From the sequence record MZ417521: a stretch of 64,000 nt of DNA, one strand, 5' to 3'. The DNA comes from Escherichia phage 132. How positions within the stretch are numbered: position 1 is the first letter of the stretch; each line of letters opens with the position of its first letter. Of the stretch, positions 9,171 through 18,641 are shown in pieces. Both the position numbers and the translations under genes were made by a program. The notes under the pieces are model-generated. The model was not told the DNA's origin, did no database searches, and saw only the letters and a program-made list of their open reading frames with translations.

Positions 9171-10490
9171 TCACACATAAAACACATCATAACGACCACG
9201 TGTTACACCAACATAAAGAAGTTGTTGAGCTAATTCAGCATCTGCATAATGAATACAAGGCGTATAAATGAAAGCACGGTCTACAGACATACCCTGAGCT
9301 TTATGGAATGTTGATGCAGGAAGTGCTTTCACTTTACTAAACTGTGATTTAGCATCCCAAAAATCACTCCACGGAGCTTTTCCGCCTTTGTTCCAATTTT
9401 TATAAGTTTCTGCCGTTTTACCTAAAAACAGGTTAAACTTATATAGCTCTTCATCAGATGAAATTATTTTAATCTTTTCACGATAATATTCATCATCGCC
9501 ATAAGTTTCTACTGTTAAATCCCAATGACGAATTAAGTATTCTCCAGGAACACCACGAGCTTTAACAAACGTTGATGTATACTCTGCTTCTATAATACGA
9601 ACTAATTGTCCGTTATTAAAAATAATTTCTGACACAGGCTTTCCATCAATTTTATATGTTTTAATTAATGGTTCCTGCATTACAATAATTTCACCAACGA
9701 TAAAATCTTTATCAGTTTCAAAAATCTTTTTGCGAATAATGCTATTTAACTTATCAACAGATTTATTCGTAAATGCCATTACGCGATTTTCAAACAAATC
9801 ATCTAGCGATTTGACGATTGAAAAATAATTTACCATAAAATCGCGTAAAGCGGTATCACCAGTAAATCCACGTACTCCATGCCCGTCAACAATTTTATCA
9901 TAAATCCACTTACCGTTGCGAACATCAGTAGCTACATCAATAATAGGAGCATTACTGCGTTTAACTTCAGTGAGTTCACATTGATAAAAATCTTTGTGCG
10001 TAAAGAATGGACTGATATAAGCAGTGTTTTCTCCTGGGTCAACAGGTCTAATTTGCTTATTATCGCCTATTCCAATTATAGTACACCAAGGTGGAATAGT
10101 TGAAAGCAGAATTTTAAATAGCTTTCTATCATACATTGATACTTCGTCGCAGATTAATACTCTGCATTTAGCTAAATCCGGTACTTCTTTTTGTTCAAAA
10201 AGAACGTTTTCTTCGTATGTTACTGGGTTAATTTTAAGAATACTGTGAATAGTACTCGCTTCTTTCCCTGATAGTTTTGAAAGAATCTTTTTAGCTGCAT
10301 GTGTAGGAGCTGCTAAAATAATTCCAGTTTCGCCCGTAGATATTAAAGCTTCAATGATGAACTTAGTAAGAGTAGTCTTACCAGTACCAGCAGGTCCATT
10401 AATAGTTACATGATGTTTCTTTTCTTTGATAGCCCTCATAACGATGTTAAAGGCATTTTTCTGGCCTTCGGTCAAATCATCAAATGTCAT
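9171..10490 (-). CDS. dda: Dda DNA helicase (SF1B), 439 aa
   Basis: Walker A GPAGTGKT; product matches recalled T4 Dda almost residue for residue (MTFDDLTEGQKNAFNIV...), same length. Confidence 0.95.
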   Translation of the reverse strand: MTFDDLTEGQKNAFNIVMRAIKEKKHHVTINGPAGTGKTTLTKFIIEALISTGETGIILAAPTHAAKKILSKLSGKEASTIHSILKINPVTYEENVLFEQKEVPDLAKCRVLICDEVSMYDRKLFKILLSTIPPWCTIIGIGDNKQIRPVDPGENTAYISPFFTHKDFYQCELTEVKRSNAPIIDVATDVRNGKWIYDKIVDGHGVRGFTGDTALRDFMVNYFSIVKSLDDLFENRVMAFTNKSVDKLNSIIRKKIFETDKDFIVGEIIVMQEPLIKTYKIDGKPVSEIIFNNGQLVRIIEAEYTSTFVKARGVPGEYLIRHWDLTVETYGDDEYYREKIKIISSDEELYKFNLFLGKTAETYKNWNKGGKAPWSDFWDAKSQFSKVKALPASTFHKAQGMSVDRAFIYTPCIHYADAELAQQLLYVGVTRGRYDVFYV

Positions 10491-10798
10491 CGTAAATTCC
10501 CTGCAATTGGTATACTAACAATACGCCCAGTATCTAAAATTCGCCGATATAATCTTTGTGTGTCTACATCAGGCTTAACGTGTTTAACTTCTATTTTATT
10601 AAACCAAAACTTGCGTGGAGTCTCAACTAATCTCGGAATTCCCATACCTAAAGCTAGTTGATACTGCTCTTTAAGAGTTGTAAATACTTTATCAGCAATC
10701 TCCCTTTCAAAAAATACAGCAGGGCGATGTTCATCAAGAGGAACAGGCACCGCAAATCCATCTTTATCTCTATACACTATCGCATATACATAAAACAT
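10487..10798 (-). CDS. hypothetical protein, 103 aa (dda.1 position)
   Basis: ATG ORF overlapping dda start by 4 nt. Confidence 0.5.
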   Translation of the reverse strand: MFYVYAIVYRDKDGFAVPVPLDEHRPAVFFEREIADKVFTTLKEQYQLALGMGIPRLVETPRKFWFNKIEVKHVKPDVDTQRLYRRILDTGRIVSIPIAGNLR

Positions 10799-10799
10799 A

Positions 10800-11546
10800 T
10801 TATCCTCGGATAAGTTTAAAAATTGAACAATTTAGCGGGTATCCTCTTTTCAGTTTAAGTTTATCAATAAAAGACAAGTTTTGATACCGCTCTACACCTT
10901 GAATAATTTTATCACACATATCATATTGCATTTCTGCTTCTGACAACTTTTTCACAGTTTTCCAATCCGAGCCTTTAAGAAGAACGTTCAGTTTAACAAC
11001 TTCAGCGCCTTCTGCTATACGAGAACCATCAATACGAGCTTTGAGTGCTATAATCGTTAGCTTAACGTCAGAGGTTTGTTTTGATTTAGAAAGCTGAGAA
11101 ATGTGTTCAATTCGGTTTTCACGTTTTTTCTGTATAGCTTTAATTTGATTATAAGTCTTTTTGATTTTAGCCCATTTCTTTTCATCTAAATTTAGTTTAT
11201 GAACTTTTTTCGCAGATGAACGACCAATTCGCAAAGCAAATAAATCACGCTTTTCAATCAACTCTTCTAAAGTATAATCAGAACGAAATGTATTATACTT
11301 TTTCTTTACTGCAATAACATTCCCTTTAATGTATCCAACGTTATTATCAAAACGTTCTAATGATAATTTCTCTCCTTCAATACGATTATCAAAAGGTTCT
11401 CCCGAGTAAGCGCAAACTTTCTGATCTAAAATGTTCTTAATGTAATTGAAGTCTAAGTTAAAATCTTTAGAACGTCTTTTAGCTGATGCCTGAGTGTGCT
11501 CTAAACGACGTGTAATTTTACGAATTTGATTTTTAGACAGTTTCAT
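10800..11546 (-). CDS. basic hypothetical protein, 248 aa (position and size of T4 srd)
   Basis: ATG ORF; lysine/arginine-rich; assignment by synteny only. Confidence 0.45.
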   Translation of the reverse strand: MKLSKNQIRKITRRLEHTQASAKRRSKDFNLDFNYIKNILDQKVCAYSGEPFDNRIEGEKLSLERFDNNVGYIKGNVIAVKKKYNTFRSDYTLEELIEKRDLFALRIGRSSAKKVHKLNLDEKKWAKIKKTYNQIKAIQKKRENRIEHISQLSKSKQTSDVKLTIIALKARIDGSRIAEGAEVVKLNVLLKGSDWKTVKKLSEAEMQYDMCDKIIQGVERYQNLSFIDKLKLKRGYPLNCSIFKLIRG

Positions 11547-11575
11547 ATTTTTCTCACGGACGGTTAACTACTTAT

Positions 11576-11605
11576 ACTATATCATTTTTACTTCAGCTTG
11601 TAAAC
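11576..11605 (-). promoter_or_regulatory. T4-type early promoter (-10 TATAGT)
   Basis: gtaaac 11600-11605, actata 11576-11581 on plus strand; 18-nt spacer. Confidence 0.5.
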
Positions 11606-11661
11606 AACTTTATGAAAAATGCTTTAAAACTTTCATGGTATAATGAATCTAAGTCCTTCCA

Positions 11662-12264
11662 TTATAGATTAAATCCTTCAAAATCAAGAGTATAGATAGT
11701 GTATGTTGAATACTTTTTATACTCATATCTATCCGCAATTCTAAATACACTTCCAGCTGGTATCATTACTTCTTGTTCATCTGAAACTAATTCCATATTA
11801 CGATAGCGATGGCTATCCGGAAACTTAAAACTTGGGCTATATTCTTTACAACGTAGAGCTTTTATAGCATACTCCTGAAAATTAAATACCATAGGAGCTT
11901 TGAATTCAAAAATAACTTGCGTGTTGTATTCTAATCCAGAAGCAAAATGCAGAGCTATATTTTTATCATATGAAGCTGATACTACTTTATCAAATGTAAT
12001 AATATCAATTCCTTGATTTAACACTTGCTTAGTCTCAACTGGAACACCTCTCCAAAGAGGTTTATCGTTTGGAACCAAACGAGATTTGATTATTTCATTT
12101 AACCAAGAATGATCGTCTGGCTTATTAGTAATACAATGAATTAAAAGTTCAATTTCGGATAAATTAAATCCTTCAGAAAGTAATTCTTCACGAATAGAAG
12201 CACGCACAGATGCATCCATTGATTTGATTTTAAAATCTTTTAATTGCATTGCTGAATATTTCAT
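11662..12264 (-). CDS. modA: ADP-ribosyltransferase ModA, 200 aa
   Basis: ART-like motifs (LWRG, S-x-S, EQEVMIP); same length as T4 ModA; tandem with modB. Confidence 0.7.
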   Translation of the reverse strand: MKYSAMQLKDFKIKSMDASVRASIREELLSEGFNLSEIELLIHCITNKPDDHSWLNEIIKSRLVPNDKPLWRGVPVETKQVLNQGIDIITFDKVVSASYDKNIALHFASGLEYNTQVIFEFKAPMVFNFQEYAIKALRCKEYSPSFKFPDSHRYRNMELVSDEQEVMIPAGSVFRIADRYEYKKYSTYTIYTLDFEGFNL

Positions 12265-12884
12265 TCAACTACCTCAATATCATACACTTTAAATGTTCCA
12301 AATGAATCGTGTAATTTTTCTTTTGAAATAGAAGTTATTTTATACTTTCCAATTGGAATCATCCATTCTTGTTCACGCACAATCATCATTAAGTTATCAG
12401 TACGTTCTGAATCTAATCCATCAGTATCTTCATATGTATACTTAAACTCAGTATTAGGAGAAGAAAGTATAATATCGCTGATATGGTCAGAGTAATTAAA
12501 AGCTTTATCAGTTTTTAAGCGAAGTACTATTTCAGTGAAATATTCAGCATAAGAAAAAGAACACGCTGTATGCAAACTAGTAGTAAATGAATCTACTCTG
12601 TTCGTTGAAAACACTTCTCCAACTTGTAAATCTTTAATGAGTTCTTTTGTCGATTTTGATATACCACGATATAGCTGATAAGGCGATTTAGTTAAATGCT
12701 TTTTAACGATTTTATTCAACTGCTGATGAAGAGCTTCATTCTTTTTGGCTTCCATACATTGCCAAAGAACTGACTGCTCAAAGTCAGTAAATTTTTCACA
12801 GACTTTTTTATACATATCATATTGAAAATCGACACTTTCAGCTTTTATAGATAACTGTTCAACATCTGCGAGATTAATAATCAT
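12261..12884 (-). CDS. modB: ADP-ribosyltransferase ModB, 207 aa
   Basis: ART-like motifs (LYRG, STNRVDSFTTS, EQEWMIP); start moved to ATG 12882-12884 preceded by GGAGG, giving the T4 ModB length. Confidence 0.7.
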   Translation of the reverse strand: MIINLADVEQLSIKAESVDFQYDMYKKVCEKFTDFEQSVLWQCMEAKKNEALHQQLNKIVKKHLTKSPYQLYRGISKSTKELIKDLQVGEVFSTNRVDSFTTSLHTACSFSYAEYFTEIVLRLKTDKAFNYSDHISDIILSSPNTEFKYTYEDTDGLDSERTDNLMMIVREQEWMIPIGKYKITSISKEKLHDSFGTFKVYDIEVVE

Positions 12885-12910
12885 GATAGCCTCCATATAC
12901 TTCAGAAGCT

Positions 12911-12940
12911 ATCATATCATTGTTAGGAAGGAAAGTAAAC
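12911..12940 (-). promoter_or_regulatory. T4-type early promoter (-10 TATGAT)
   Basis: gtaaac 12935-12940, atcata 12911-12916 on plus strand; 18-nt spacer. Confidence 0.5.
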
Positions 12941-12951
12941 AACTTTTTGAA

Positions 12952-13134
12952 TTATTTTGCCCAGGGAGCCCAGGGCGGAGGGTCAAGATGGTATGAAGCT
13001 AGTTCTTCTAGAAGAGCATCTGGGGCTTCAATTCCATAATTCTGTAATACTATACGGTACTCTTTCTTATAATCACTAGAATCATTCTGGATATTCGTAG
13101 AATGATTATCTTCTAACATCTCAAATAAATCCAT
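12952..13134 (-). CDS. small hypothetical protein, 60 aa
   Basis: ATG ORF. Confidence 0.4.
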   Translation of the reverse strand: MDLFEMLEDNHSTNIQNDSSDYKKEYRIVLQNYGIEAPDALLEELASYHLDPPPWAPWAK

Positions 13135-13142
13135 ATTAATTC

Positions 13143-13625
13143 CTAGCGATAAAAACCAAAATAACGATTAGCTTCAATAATTTTTCTTTCTTCTTCGGAC
13201 ATTCTCCAACGTAGTCCAACATCAAAATGAGCCCAGACCATCTTAACAAATGCATTTATATCTTTAATATCTTCAATAATGAATGTTTTACTTTTAGAAG
13301 GTTGACCTGCTAAATTAAGTGCTAATTTAACGTTATCATCTTCAAACAGGTCAAAAAGACCATATTCATGAGCTCTTTTATAGCCTTTAATAGTTAAAGC
13401 TTCAGAAGAAGAAAACGGTGAATCAGTATTCTGCAAAATATCTTCAGTATGCTTTATAATTAGAATAACATTTTCTGGATATTTTCTTTCTTTTATATCT
13501 TTAATTAAAAGATCCGGATTTTCTGCTAAAGGAATAATTAATGAGCACTTTTTATCAAGCGTATTTACCGATTTACCTTCTTTAGACATAAATTCTATTG
13601 AATAATGTTTTGCTACTTCAATCAT
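13143..13625 (-). CDS. hypothetical protein, 160 aa (position and size of T4 mrh)
   Basis: ATG ORF; assignment by synteny only. Confidence 0.45.
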   Translation of the reverse strand: MIEVAKHYSIEFMSKEGKSVNTLDKKCSLIIPLAENPDLLIKDIKERKYPENVILIIKHTEDILQNTDSPFSSSEALTIKGYKRAHEYGLFDLFEDDNVKLALNLAGQPSKSKTFIIEDIKDINAFVKMVWAHFDVGLRWRMSEEERKIIEANRYFGFYR

Positions 13626-13778
13626 GTGATTTCCTCTTGCCTACTAATGGGCCGTCAGGAATTTTGTTTTCCTGGATATATTTCTCATTTTCTTCCATCA
13701 TTTTACTGCCAATTTTAAGAAGCAAATCCAATGCTTCATTTGCTTTAGCCTTGGCCTCTTCTAGCGTCATATCTCTGT

Positions 13779-13982
13779 TCATGATTTATCCCCATAGATG
13801 TCTCTCATCAATTTAAGCGCTGAGCGTTCTAATTTCTTTTCTTTCTCGGCACTAATCATTGATTTCATCCATTCTTCTGATTCGTTCTGCATTTCTTTAT
13901 TTGCCTGTTCAACCCAACCATCATCAATGTACATTGAGTTTGGTCTATTGAACCATTCAAACATTTTCTTCAGAACTTTCAT
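13779..13982 (-). CDS. small hypothetical protein, 67 aa
   Basis: ATG ORF. Confidence 0.4.
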   Translation of the reverse strand: MKVLKKMFEWFNRPNSMYIDDGWVEQANKEMQNESEEWMKSMISAEKEKKLERSALKLMRDIYGDKS

Positions 13983-14442
13983 TTGTTTTACCTAAAACAA
14001 CAGTAGGAGCATCATCAAATTCATGAATTTTTAGCAAATTTGGATGTAAACTATTCCATACAGAAGAAATAAAGTATGATAAAGCATCTTCACTTGCAAT
14101 TATAAATTTATTTCCTTTATCTATTTTCCAACTATATAGTGAATCGTACGAATAAAAAGATAAAGGCTTATCATTATATTGTTCTGCGCTAACATTAATG
14201 TATTCGGATTTAGTAAATGCTTCAATTGCTCTAAACGGAATATTTGGTACAGTTTCAATGATACCAATCTTTTTAAGCTTTATTTCAGCATCTTCTGGAA
14301 CTGGCATTGAAACGAAATTTTCTACGAGATACATTGGGTCACAATAACCCTTATCAATCATTACTGCTACTGTAATTGGAACATCTTTAGCAAACGACAT
14401 ACTATTACTGCTAATATACATTTCAAACAAAATCGCTTCCAT
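13957..14442 (-). CDS. hypothetical protein, about 161 aa
   Basis: track start is TTG; ATG at 14440-14442 preceded by GAGGA. Confidence 0.45.
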   Translation of the reverse strand: MEAILFEMYISSNSMSFAKDVPITVAVMIDKGYCDPMYLVENFVSMPVPEDAEIKLKKIGIIETVPNIPFRAIEAFTKSEYINVSAEQYNDKPLSFYSYDSLYSWKIDKGNKFIIASEDALSYFISSVWNSLHPNLLKIHEFDDAPTVVLGKTNESSEENV

Positions 14443-14450
14443 AATTTTCC

Positions 14451-14792
14451 TCAATCGCAAGATGTAGATGAACAACTAGAATCACAAGAACTTCCACACG
14501 AATCGCCCGTCCATACATGAACAGGAACATTAGTGTCATATGAATCAGAACTAGACTGTGTATTCTGTGCATTAGATGATGCAGTAGGTGTTGACCAGCG
14601 CCAAGGATTTTTATAATATTCTTGAGCTTCTTCGTAAGTCATAGTAACTGCTTCTACTGTTCCATCTCCCATATAAACATATTCAACTACAGTTAAAGGA
14701 AGGTAGTCGTTTGAAATAGGAACTACACCTTCTCCAGGAGCTGTAGAGAAAAAATCCGTAAAGAAATTTTTAAACCAGTTAAAGATAAACAT
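14451..14792 (-). CDS. hypothetical protein with Ser/Cys-rich C-terminal tail, 113 aa
   Basis: ATG ORF; hydrophobic N-terminus; C-terminus [18 protein letters not shown]. Confidence 0.45.
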   Translation of the reverse strand: MFIFNWFKNFFTDFFSTAPGEGVVPISNDYLPLTVVEYVYMGDGTVEAVTMTYEEAQEYYKNPWRWSTPTASSNAQNTQSSSDSYDTNVPVHVWTGDSCGSSCDSSCSSTSCD

Positions 14793-14998
14793 TACAAAAA
14801 GCCTCTTTTGAATTCAACTTGCTTCTCGCCATAATCATATCGAATCTCTGCATTAAATTCAACAGAACCATCTGCATACATCATAAATGAATGCACAACA
14901 ACTTCTGTAGACCATGGCTGTAGTTCATATTTCTTCATTACATGTCGTGAAATGATAATATCTAAATCTTCATTTGGTTTAATCCAACGATTTAACAT
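14792..14998 (-). CDS. small hypothetical protein, 68 aa
   Basis: ATG at 14996-14998 with GAGGAG 6 nt upstream; directly downstream of an early promoter. Confidence 0.5.
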   Translation of the reverse strand: MLNRWIKPNEDLDIIISRHVMKKYELQPWSTEVVVHSFMMYADGSVEFNAEIRYDYGEKQVEFKRGFL

Positions 14999-15024
14999 AG
15001 TGCTCTCCTCTATAAGATAATTTT

Positions 15025-15054
15025 ATTATACCATACTCATTTTGGAAAGTAAAC
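15025..15054 (-). promoter_or_regulatory. T4-type early promoter
   Basis: gtaaac 15049-15054, attata 15025-15030 on plus strand; 18-nt spacer. Confidence 0.55.
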
Positions 15055-15064
15055 CAGTAAAATG

Positions 15065-15088
15065 AAAAAAGGACTCCCGAAGGAGTCC
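15065..15088 (-). terminator. intrinsic terminator downstream of soc (ggacucc-UUCG-ggagucc plus U-run)
   Basis: ggactcccgaaggagtcc at 15071-15088 preceded on plus strand by aaaaaa. Confidence 0.7.
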
Positions 15089-15096
15089 TTGAATTA

Positions 15097-15342
15097 TTAA
15101 CCACCAGTTACTTTCCACAAATCTTCGTTTGCGGCAATCCATTCAGTACGTTGATTTTCTTCATATACAGTAGTATATGCTGCTTTTTCTGAAGGGAATG
15201 TCTGGTAATGAGCGCCAGAAATTTTGTGAACGTCAGAATAAAGAGGGAAAGCTACAGAAATTTCCTTTCCTTCAATTTTCTTATTTCCATCTAATTTCTG
15301 CTCAAACGTTTTGATATTAACATAACCGCGAGTACTAGCCAT
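15097..15342 (-). CDS. soc: small outer capsid protein Soc
   Basis: 81-codon ORF matching recalled T4 Soc (MASTRGYVNIKTFEQKLDGNKKIEGKEISVAF...); late promoter upstream. Confidence 0.85.
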   Translation of the reverse strand: MASTRGYVNIKTFEQKLDGNKKIEGKEISVAFPLYSDVHKISGAHYQTFPSEKAAYTTVYEENQRTEWIAANEDLWKVTGG

Positions 15343-15372
15343 GTAATTCTCCTTTTATTTAAATTACATGAT

Positions 15373-15380
15373 TATTTATA
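15373..15380 (-). promoter_or_regulatory. T4 late promoter core TATAAATA upstream of soc
   Basis: plus-strand tatttata at 15373-15380, exact match to the gp55-dependent late promoter consensus. Confidence 0.6.
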
Positions 15381-15425
15381 ATAAATTCTCGCGGCTTTTA
15401 AGTCGTCGTTTAAATAAACGAGCTA

Positions 15426-15944
15426 TTAATAACCTCGGTCTTGACGAGCGAAGTTTTCAGCATTCTTCAGATAATAAAGTTTAAAGATTTCTTCAGCAGT
15501 AAGGCCGAGACCTTGGAACATGTTCAGAACGAAATGAAGAATATCAATCATTTCGAATTTAATTTCCAACTGGTCTTGTGGAGACAAATCAGTAATCAGA
15601 GTTTCACGACGTTCACCATGCTGCGACTTCCAAGGCTTCCATACAGCAGATGCATCTTTTTCGCCATTGCTCATACCACCAAGAGATGTCAGAAGTTCAC
15701 GGAATTCATCGTCAATATAATCTTTCTGATTACGCAGCCAATCGACAACTTCACCTGCAGTAGCCAAATCATCAGGATGACGGTTATATTCAGGTTTATC
15801 TTTAGCTAAACGAACCTGCAAAGATTTCTGCATATCAAGCATAACTTGCAGTGGGTCTTTTTCGTCACCGAGAATATCCCAGTATTCATTTTGAGCTTTA
15901 TCAGCGCCTTCGATCAGTTGCGAACATTCATTAAAGTAAGCCAT
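15426..15944 (-). CDS. 56: dCTP pyrophosphatase (dCTPase/dUTPase, MazG-like), 172 aa
   Basis: track ORF has a 31-codon upstream extension; ATG at 15942-15944 preceded by AGGA gives the T4 gp56 length. Confidence 0.8.
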   Translation of the reverse strand: MAYFNECSQLIEGADKAQNEYWDILGDEKDPLQVMLDMQKSLQVRLAKDKPEYNRHPDDLATAGEVVDWLRNQKDYIDDEFRELLTSLGGMSNGEKDASAVWKPWKSQHGERRETLITDLSPQDQLEIKFEMIDILHFVLNMFQGLGLTAEEIFKLYYLKNAENFARQDRGY

Positions 15945-16015
15945 TATTTTTCCTTTCAATTCATGGGTTAGTAGATTAATTATACAATAAATATATAAAG
16001 CAATAAGGAGGACAT

Positions 16016-16216
16016 ATGGTACAAAAATTAATGGCACTTGTTAATGCCATAAAAGGTAATAAAAAACGTATAGCTTTTACTATTTCTGCTATGATAGGAA
16101 TTTTACTCTGGAATTTTGTTTTATCACCAATTGCTATTGCTCATGGCGTTAATATTCCAGTAATTACTCTCGATACATTCGTAGATTTAGCATTTGCTTT
16201 GGTTGGGTTAATTTAA
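16016..16216 (+). CDS. small hydrophobic protein (two predicted TM helices), 66 aa; only plausible plus-strand gene
   Basis: ATG at 16016 preceded by AAGGAGG (16005-16011); sits in the 56-61 gap; stop overlaps the gene 61 stop. Confidence 0.4.
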   Translation: MVQKLMALVNAIKGNKKRIAFTISAMIGILLWNFVLSPIAIAHGVNIPVITLDTFVDLAFALVGLI

Positions 16217-17241
16217 ATCTTAGCATATTTAGATAGCCGCATTTTAGCCATCAACCCTTGGGCAATATTATTTTTCATATATTCCATAATTTGTTCAGGG
16301 GTTGCACCTTCCTTTCTAATCATATCATTAACATCTTTTGATTTCCAGGGAGATTTGTCCCAAAACATAACCCTTTCTCCTGCATCAACCAATTTAGTCA
16401 TTCGTTTAATAGTGTCAGGATGACGAGGTTCATTATCTAAAACCCATACACGTCTATCTTTAAATGGAACAATTTCTAGGTCTAATTGACCACCCGTAAT
16501 AGCTATACCGTTTTCAATAAAAAGTGAATCTATAGGTCCTTCTAGAACATATACATCACCATCTTTAACCCGTTCAACTCCATAGATTTTTGTTGCCTCA
16601 GGATAAGCTTTGATGGTGATATATTTTTGAGGAGCATCTTTCTTTAATGCACGTCCTTGAAAAGACTCAGCTTTTCCATTAGCATTATAAATTGGAATAA
16701 CAAGACGAGGCTCAGATATTTCCTTTTTATATGTTCCCGGTGCTATACTATTAACTAATTTAGGCCATTCGGTTGTAAACCAAAGATATTTCCATTTATC
16801 CTTTGGAATACAGCGAGCTTTTACGTATTTTATAATTGGATGGTCTTCCGCCAGTTTATCTAATCTAATACATGACGGAAGAGATTTAATTATTTTCTTC
16901 TCAGGTTGTTTAGAAAGTTCTTTAGGTTTTTCTACTGGACGACTTTTACCTTTTTCTTTTCTTATTTCAAAGATATATTCACGATATAAATCAGGTTCAA
17001 ACTCCTTTAAATATATTCCGATTGGTGCATGATAGTTACAGTTATAACAATGAATATTTCCTTCATTATTATCACCATAATACCATCCACGGGCTTTATT
17101 TTGGTCGGTTTTTGAATCTCCACAAACAGGGCATCTAAACCGCAATTTAAAAGTTGAACTATTATTTACTTGTGTGAATTTAGGTAAATGAGCTAATGCA
17201 CGATATGCAAACTCATTATCAATCCAAGGTATTGATGACAT
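16213..17241 (-). CDS. 61: DNA primase gp61, 342 aa
   Basis: N-terminal zinc ribbon (CPVCGDS...CYNC); same length as T4 gp61; adjacent to the helicase 41 region. Confidence 0.88.
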   Translation of the reverse strand: MSSIPWIDNEFAYRALAHLPKFTQVNNSSTFKLRFRCPVCGDSKTDQNKARGWYYGDNNEGNIHCYNCNYHAPIGIYLKEFEPDLYREYIFEIRKEKGKSRPVEKPKELSKQPEKKIIKSLPSCIRLDKLAEDHPIIKYVKARCIPKDKWKYLWFTTEWPKLVNSIAPGTYKKEISEPRLVIPIYNANGKAESFQGRALKKDAPQKYITIKAYPEATKIYGVERVKDGDVYVLEGPIDSLFIENGIAITGGQLDLEIVPFKDRRVWVLDNEPRHPDTIKRMTKLVDAGERVMFWDKSPWKSKDVNDMIRKEGATPEQIMEYMKNNIAQGLMAKMRLSKYAKI

Positions 17242-17243
17242 TT

Positions 17244-17408
17244 TTACTCTTCTTTTTCTTTAGATTCCTCTTTTTTCTTTTTAGGAATCTGTTCAGGACC
17301 TTTATTTACTACAGCGCCTGACGTTGTTCCAGTAGAGATATTTTCAGGATTACCACCTGAATCTCCAGCGACCATATCTTCTTTAATAAATTCTTTATAT
17401 GTTTTCAT
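17244..17408 (-). CDS. small protein with internal-protein-like N-terminus (MKTYKEFIKED...), 54 aa; below the ORF-track cutoff
   Basis: ATG at 17406-17408 preceded by AGAGGT; first 9 residues match the capsid-targeting sequence of T4 internal proteins; hand-translated. Confidence 0.4.
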   Translation of the reverse strand: MKTYKEFIKEDMVAGDSGGNPENISTGTTSGAVVNKGPEQIPKKKKEESKEKEE

Positions 17409-17409
17409 A

Positions 17410-18036
17410 TTAACCTCTATTCATAAAAGCATTAAAAATTTGATCGTCAATAGAAACTTTTACTTTAGACTGTTTTTCTGATGGCAATTCATATCCGCAT
17501 ATTACAATTTTGTGATCAATATCAAAATACACAGAAGCAATATGATTAATGATGTTTTCAGTAAAGTCTAAATCAACATCAATATCTTTTTGACCACAAC
17601 CTAAAGGATAAATAATGCGAGTAATTCGATTATCTTTAACAAAGATTCCACCGACATACTCTGTGCTGCGTTTAAAGTCTACACGCCGACGAAATGAAAA
17701 ATATTCAGGCTCTTTATGAGCTCGGCTCATAGGACACAACGAGTAACTAGAGTAAGAGATGTCAAATCCTACGCCTTCGATATGAGCCAAAGTGTCATGA
17801 TTAAACCAATTATAATCGTACGCCAAGTCCATTAGATTATAATATGTAAAAGGCACCGGATTAACATCACTAGTCACAAGCATATAATTAGCAACTGCTA
17901 TAATTTCGTTGTTTTTAACGAATACAAACCGTGATTGATGCGAATGACCTGGACCCGCGTTTTCACGATTAATGATATAACACTGGGCACCTTTATATTT
18001 GTACGTGTCTTTGCACTTGTGCATTTGATAAAGCAT
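17410..18036 (-). CDS. hypothetical protein, 208 aa
   Basis: ATG ORF between sp and gene 61. Confidence 0.5.
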   Translation of the reverse strand: MLYQMHKCKDTYKYKGAQCYIINRENAGPGHSHQSRFVFVKNNEIIAVANYMLVTSDVNPVPFTYYNLMDLAYDYNWFNHDTLAHIEGVGFDISYSSYSLCPMSRAHKEPEYFSFRRRVDFKRSTEYVGGIFVKDNRITRIIYPLGCGQKDIDVDLDFTENIINHIASVYFDIDHKIVICGYELPSEKQSKVKVSIDDQIFNAFMNRG

Positions 18037-18329
18037 TATTCACCTACCACTTCAGCGATGATATTTTTATTATTGAAGTTTTTATCACAATACAGAACGT
18101 AATTATACTGCATTACACCACCAGACTTAAGCTGTTTTTGTACTTCAACTTTCATTTCAGGGCGATCACGCTCAACGATATTCATAATATCTGCTTCAAT
18201 CTGAGTTTCAACCTCAGTCTGATCTGCAGTCATAGACCATTCGCACAAATCTTTATCATAACCTGCCATAGCAGGCTGAGCAGCACAAGAAGCTAAAGCA
18301 AAAATTGCAGCAAAAACAAATTTTTTCAT
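18036..18329 (-). CDS. sp: secreted protein, probable spackle (Sp), 97 aa
   Basis: cleavable signal peptide (MKKFVFAAIFALASCAAQPAMA); T4 Sp length; sits in the 61-41 interval. Confidence 0.55.
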   Translation of the reverse strand: MKKFVFAAIFALASCAAQPAMAGYDKDLCEWSMTADQTEVETQIEADIMNIVERDRPEMKVEVQKQLKSGGVMQYNYVLYCDKNFNNKNIIAEVVGE

Positions 18330-18357
18330 GATAATCTCCTCAGTAGTTTATGTTTAT

Positions 18358-18387
18358 ATAGTATCTCAATTTCTAACAAAAGTAAAC
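18358..18387 (-). promoter_or_regulatory. T4-type early promoter (-10 TACTAT)
   Basis: gtaaac 18382-18387, atagta 18358-18363 on plus strand. Confidence 0.5.
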
Positions 18388-18641
18388 TATTTTATTTCCT
18401 CAAGTTCATTAATCAATAAAAGTTCTCTGACGCTAAAAACAAAGAAAAATGTGTTCCCATCAACCAGAGCATGACCGCTAATAGAACACCCTCTGCGGAA
18501 TTTAGAAACTTCACAATCTAGAACTGTAAAGGGTTTTAATCCTATGACTTTAGCTGTGCGTCTATTCAGTTCACAACCACTTGCGAATTTTTCCAAATCT
18601 TCTTCTGATTTAAACTGATATTCTCTATTAACTAGCATCAT
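18387..18641 (-). CDS. small hypothetical protein, 84 aa
   Basis: ATG ORF. Confidence 0.45.
   Translation of the reverse strand: MMLVNREYQFKSEEDLEKFASGCELNRRTAKVIGLKPFTVLDCEVSKFRRGCSISGHALVDGNTFFFVFSVRELLLINELEEIK

Noticed and set aside
11633-11646. Plus-strand extended -10 element TGgTATAAT
   Set aside because: No matching -35 and no plus-strand gene downstream; probably chance in AT-rich sequence.
15981-16000. Late promoter for the plus-strand ORF at 16016
   Set aside because: The AT-rich sequence upstream (tatacaataaatatataaag) has no exact TATAAATA core; not called.
15426-16037. Long N-terminal extensions in the ORF track (gp56 at 16037, modB at 12896, gp62, gp44, gp55, nrdG, AAA+ ATPase at 52198, denV at 63715)
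   Set aside because: The track takes the longest ORF from any ATG/GTG/TTG. The extensions run through promoters, terminators or RBS sequences, and shortening to the RBS-preceded ATG reproduces the T4 protein lengths.
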